Below are positions 63,170 through 64,000 of a DNA stretch of 64,000 bases, piece by piece. Source of the DNA: an uncultured bacterium (GTDB taxonomy: Bacteria; Patescibacteriota; Minisyncoccia; Phycocordibacterales; PALSA-1337); NCBI GenBank assembly GCA_963851055.1, contig CAWKMY010000006.1:142965-206964 (forward strand), in the 5' to 3' direction. The stretch's first letter is position 1. Every line of letters begins with the position of its first letter. A program made the translations under genes and the position numbers. The notes beneath the pieces were generated by a model. That model made no database searches. It was not told the origin of the DNA and worked only from the letters and a program-made list of their open reading frames with translations.

Positions 63170-63814
63170 ATGGAAAATCAATATGTCATAAAACTAAAGG
63201 AGGTCATCAAAGAAAGGACCATTGTCTACATTGATGCCGCTAACCTTGAGCAATCGGTTAAGGGGATGAAGGTAAATACTGAAGACGTTGCGGCTGATTT
63301 TGTCGACATTCCTATTGAGGATTTGCGCTGGTCAGTAGACTATCGGAAATTAAAGGGGTTCTTCTCATCTTTAGGCATGCATCAAGGCGTACGATTCTAC
63401 ACAGCTGACTTCGGCTCCGATTCGCACAGAAAGTTCTGCTATTTCTTGGACAAAGGATTGGAGTTCAAACTGGTAACAAAGCCACTCAAAGAATATAGTG
63501 ACCATAGACCTGAAGCGCCTCATCGCAAGGCGAATTTTGACGTTGAGATTGCCGTCGATTCGACATTCTCGCTGAATGATTTTGATACGCTTATCCTCTT
63601 CTCCGGAGATTGTGATTTTGAATATTTGATCAAATTCCTACGTGGTCAAGGCAAAGTCGTCATCGGATTTTCTCGTAGTGGCAATATTGCTAAGGAGATC
63701 CCACCAGCTCTTAGCTATTATTTTGACATTGTTGACTTCCGCAAGGAATTTCTGCGGATCGACAGTCGGAAAGCGAAGAATCCCGAACCTTTCGGCTCGG
63801 GACCCCGCTGTTGA
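63170..63814 (+). CDS. NYN/LabA-like domain protein (predicted RNase)
   Basis: VYIDAANL..., NFDVEIAVD, and FDTLILFSGDCDFEYLIKFLRGQGKVV. Confidence 0.7.
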   Translation: MENQYVIKLKEVIKERTIVYIDAANLEQSVKGMKVNTEDVAADFVDIPIEDLRWSVDYRKLKGFFSSLGMHQGVRFYTADFGSDSHRKFCYFLDKGLEFKLVTKPLKEYSDHRPEAPHRKANFDVEIAVDSTFSLNDFDTLILFSGDCDFEYLIKFLRGQGKVVIGFSRSGNIAKEIPPALSYYFDIVDFRKEFLRIDSRKAKNPEPFGSGPRC

Positions 63815-64000
63815 TGTCATATGGCACTGCTACCAAATGTAAGGGTATGGTAGCAAATAAATATCAGGTGCGCAATAGTCTTGTAAACAACACTCCGCCC
63901 GTGAGGGCGGAGGTATAAATACAATCCCAATTTTCCTGATGGGCGAGGGTAGCTTGCGCTACGCTTATGATAATAGCATGGCGTGTGAATAGTGCAAGGC

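Noticed and set aside
1-64000. Alternative genetic code (UGA as Gly, as in Gracilibacteria/Absconditabacteria) as an explanation for the frame breaks and the stops upstream of the RT.
   Set aside because: Conserved genes end at their expected C-termini on TGA (ileS), TAA (polA, typA) and TAG. The stops upstream of the RT include TAA. The breaks in nusG, rplK and pgl are frame shifts, not in-frame stops.
63840-64000. A possible small RNA after the NYN gene, based on the hairpin CTCCGCCC-GTGA-GGGCGGAG.
   Set aside because: It is a single hairpin with no T-run or recognisable motif. The region is also cut by the window end, so there is too little to support a call.
1-64000. CRISPR arrays, rRNA genes, or prophage structural genes.
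   Set aside because: None seen. The only tandem repeats are the 7-nt microsatellite at 49135, the 15-nt duplication in argS, and an 11-nt doublet at about 41389-41410.

Overview
This 64-kb window holds roughly 95 genes. It looks like a small-genome Candidate Phyla Radiation / Patescibacteria (Parcubacteria-like) bacterium; that placement is inference from gene content and style. The standard genetic code applies, because TGA, TAA and TAG all terminate conserved genes. Most of the window is housekeeping. Replication and repair genes are polA (5' end cut by the window), a holA-like gene, mutM, ruvA, ruvX, recO, ssb and recA. Translation genes are typA, efp, argS, ileS, glyQS, metG and rpsT, rplS, rplK, rpsF, rpsR, plus nine tRNAs. 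Other blocks are secE-nusG, cell-wall genes (an amidase and a Mur ligase), a pilMNO-like block, a DsbA/VKOR pair, and a tight deoxypyrimidine/folate cluster (DHFR-like, dcd, thyA, dCMP deaminase, nucleotidase, dut, tmk, glyA). Accessory content includes four type II toxin-antitoxin pairs, two LAGLIDADG-type genes next to tRNAs, and an IS481-like element with perfect 18-bp inverted repeats beside tRNA-His. That IS lies in an AT-rich patch with a recombinase remnant. The most interesting locus is a diversity-generating retroelement (DGR) at 31.5-33.4 kb. It has a strong promoter, a ~200-codon target ORF whose last ~128 nt are strongly adenine-depleted, a perfect 12-bp GAAA-tetraloop hairpin, and a DGR-clade reverse transcriptase. 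I could not find a template repeat. The RT lacks its usual N-terminus, with three in-frame stops upstream, and it runs in frame with no stop into folD. Other notable items: IleRS carries an embedded, apparently complete histidine-phosphatase (PGAM-like) domain. Two ~115-nt compound-palindrome elements share one architecture with compensatory stem changes. A 17-21-nt palindrome sits in frame inside recA and ileS. A 0.58-kb non-coding locus has three 11-bp-phased DnaA-box-like repeats and a terminator. Promoters recur 6-9 nt from start codons, implying leaderless mRNAs. Reading-frame breaks occur in conserved genes (nusG, rplK, pgl, and a large surface protein); these may be assembly errors. No CRISPR array or rRNA gene was seen.
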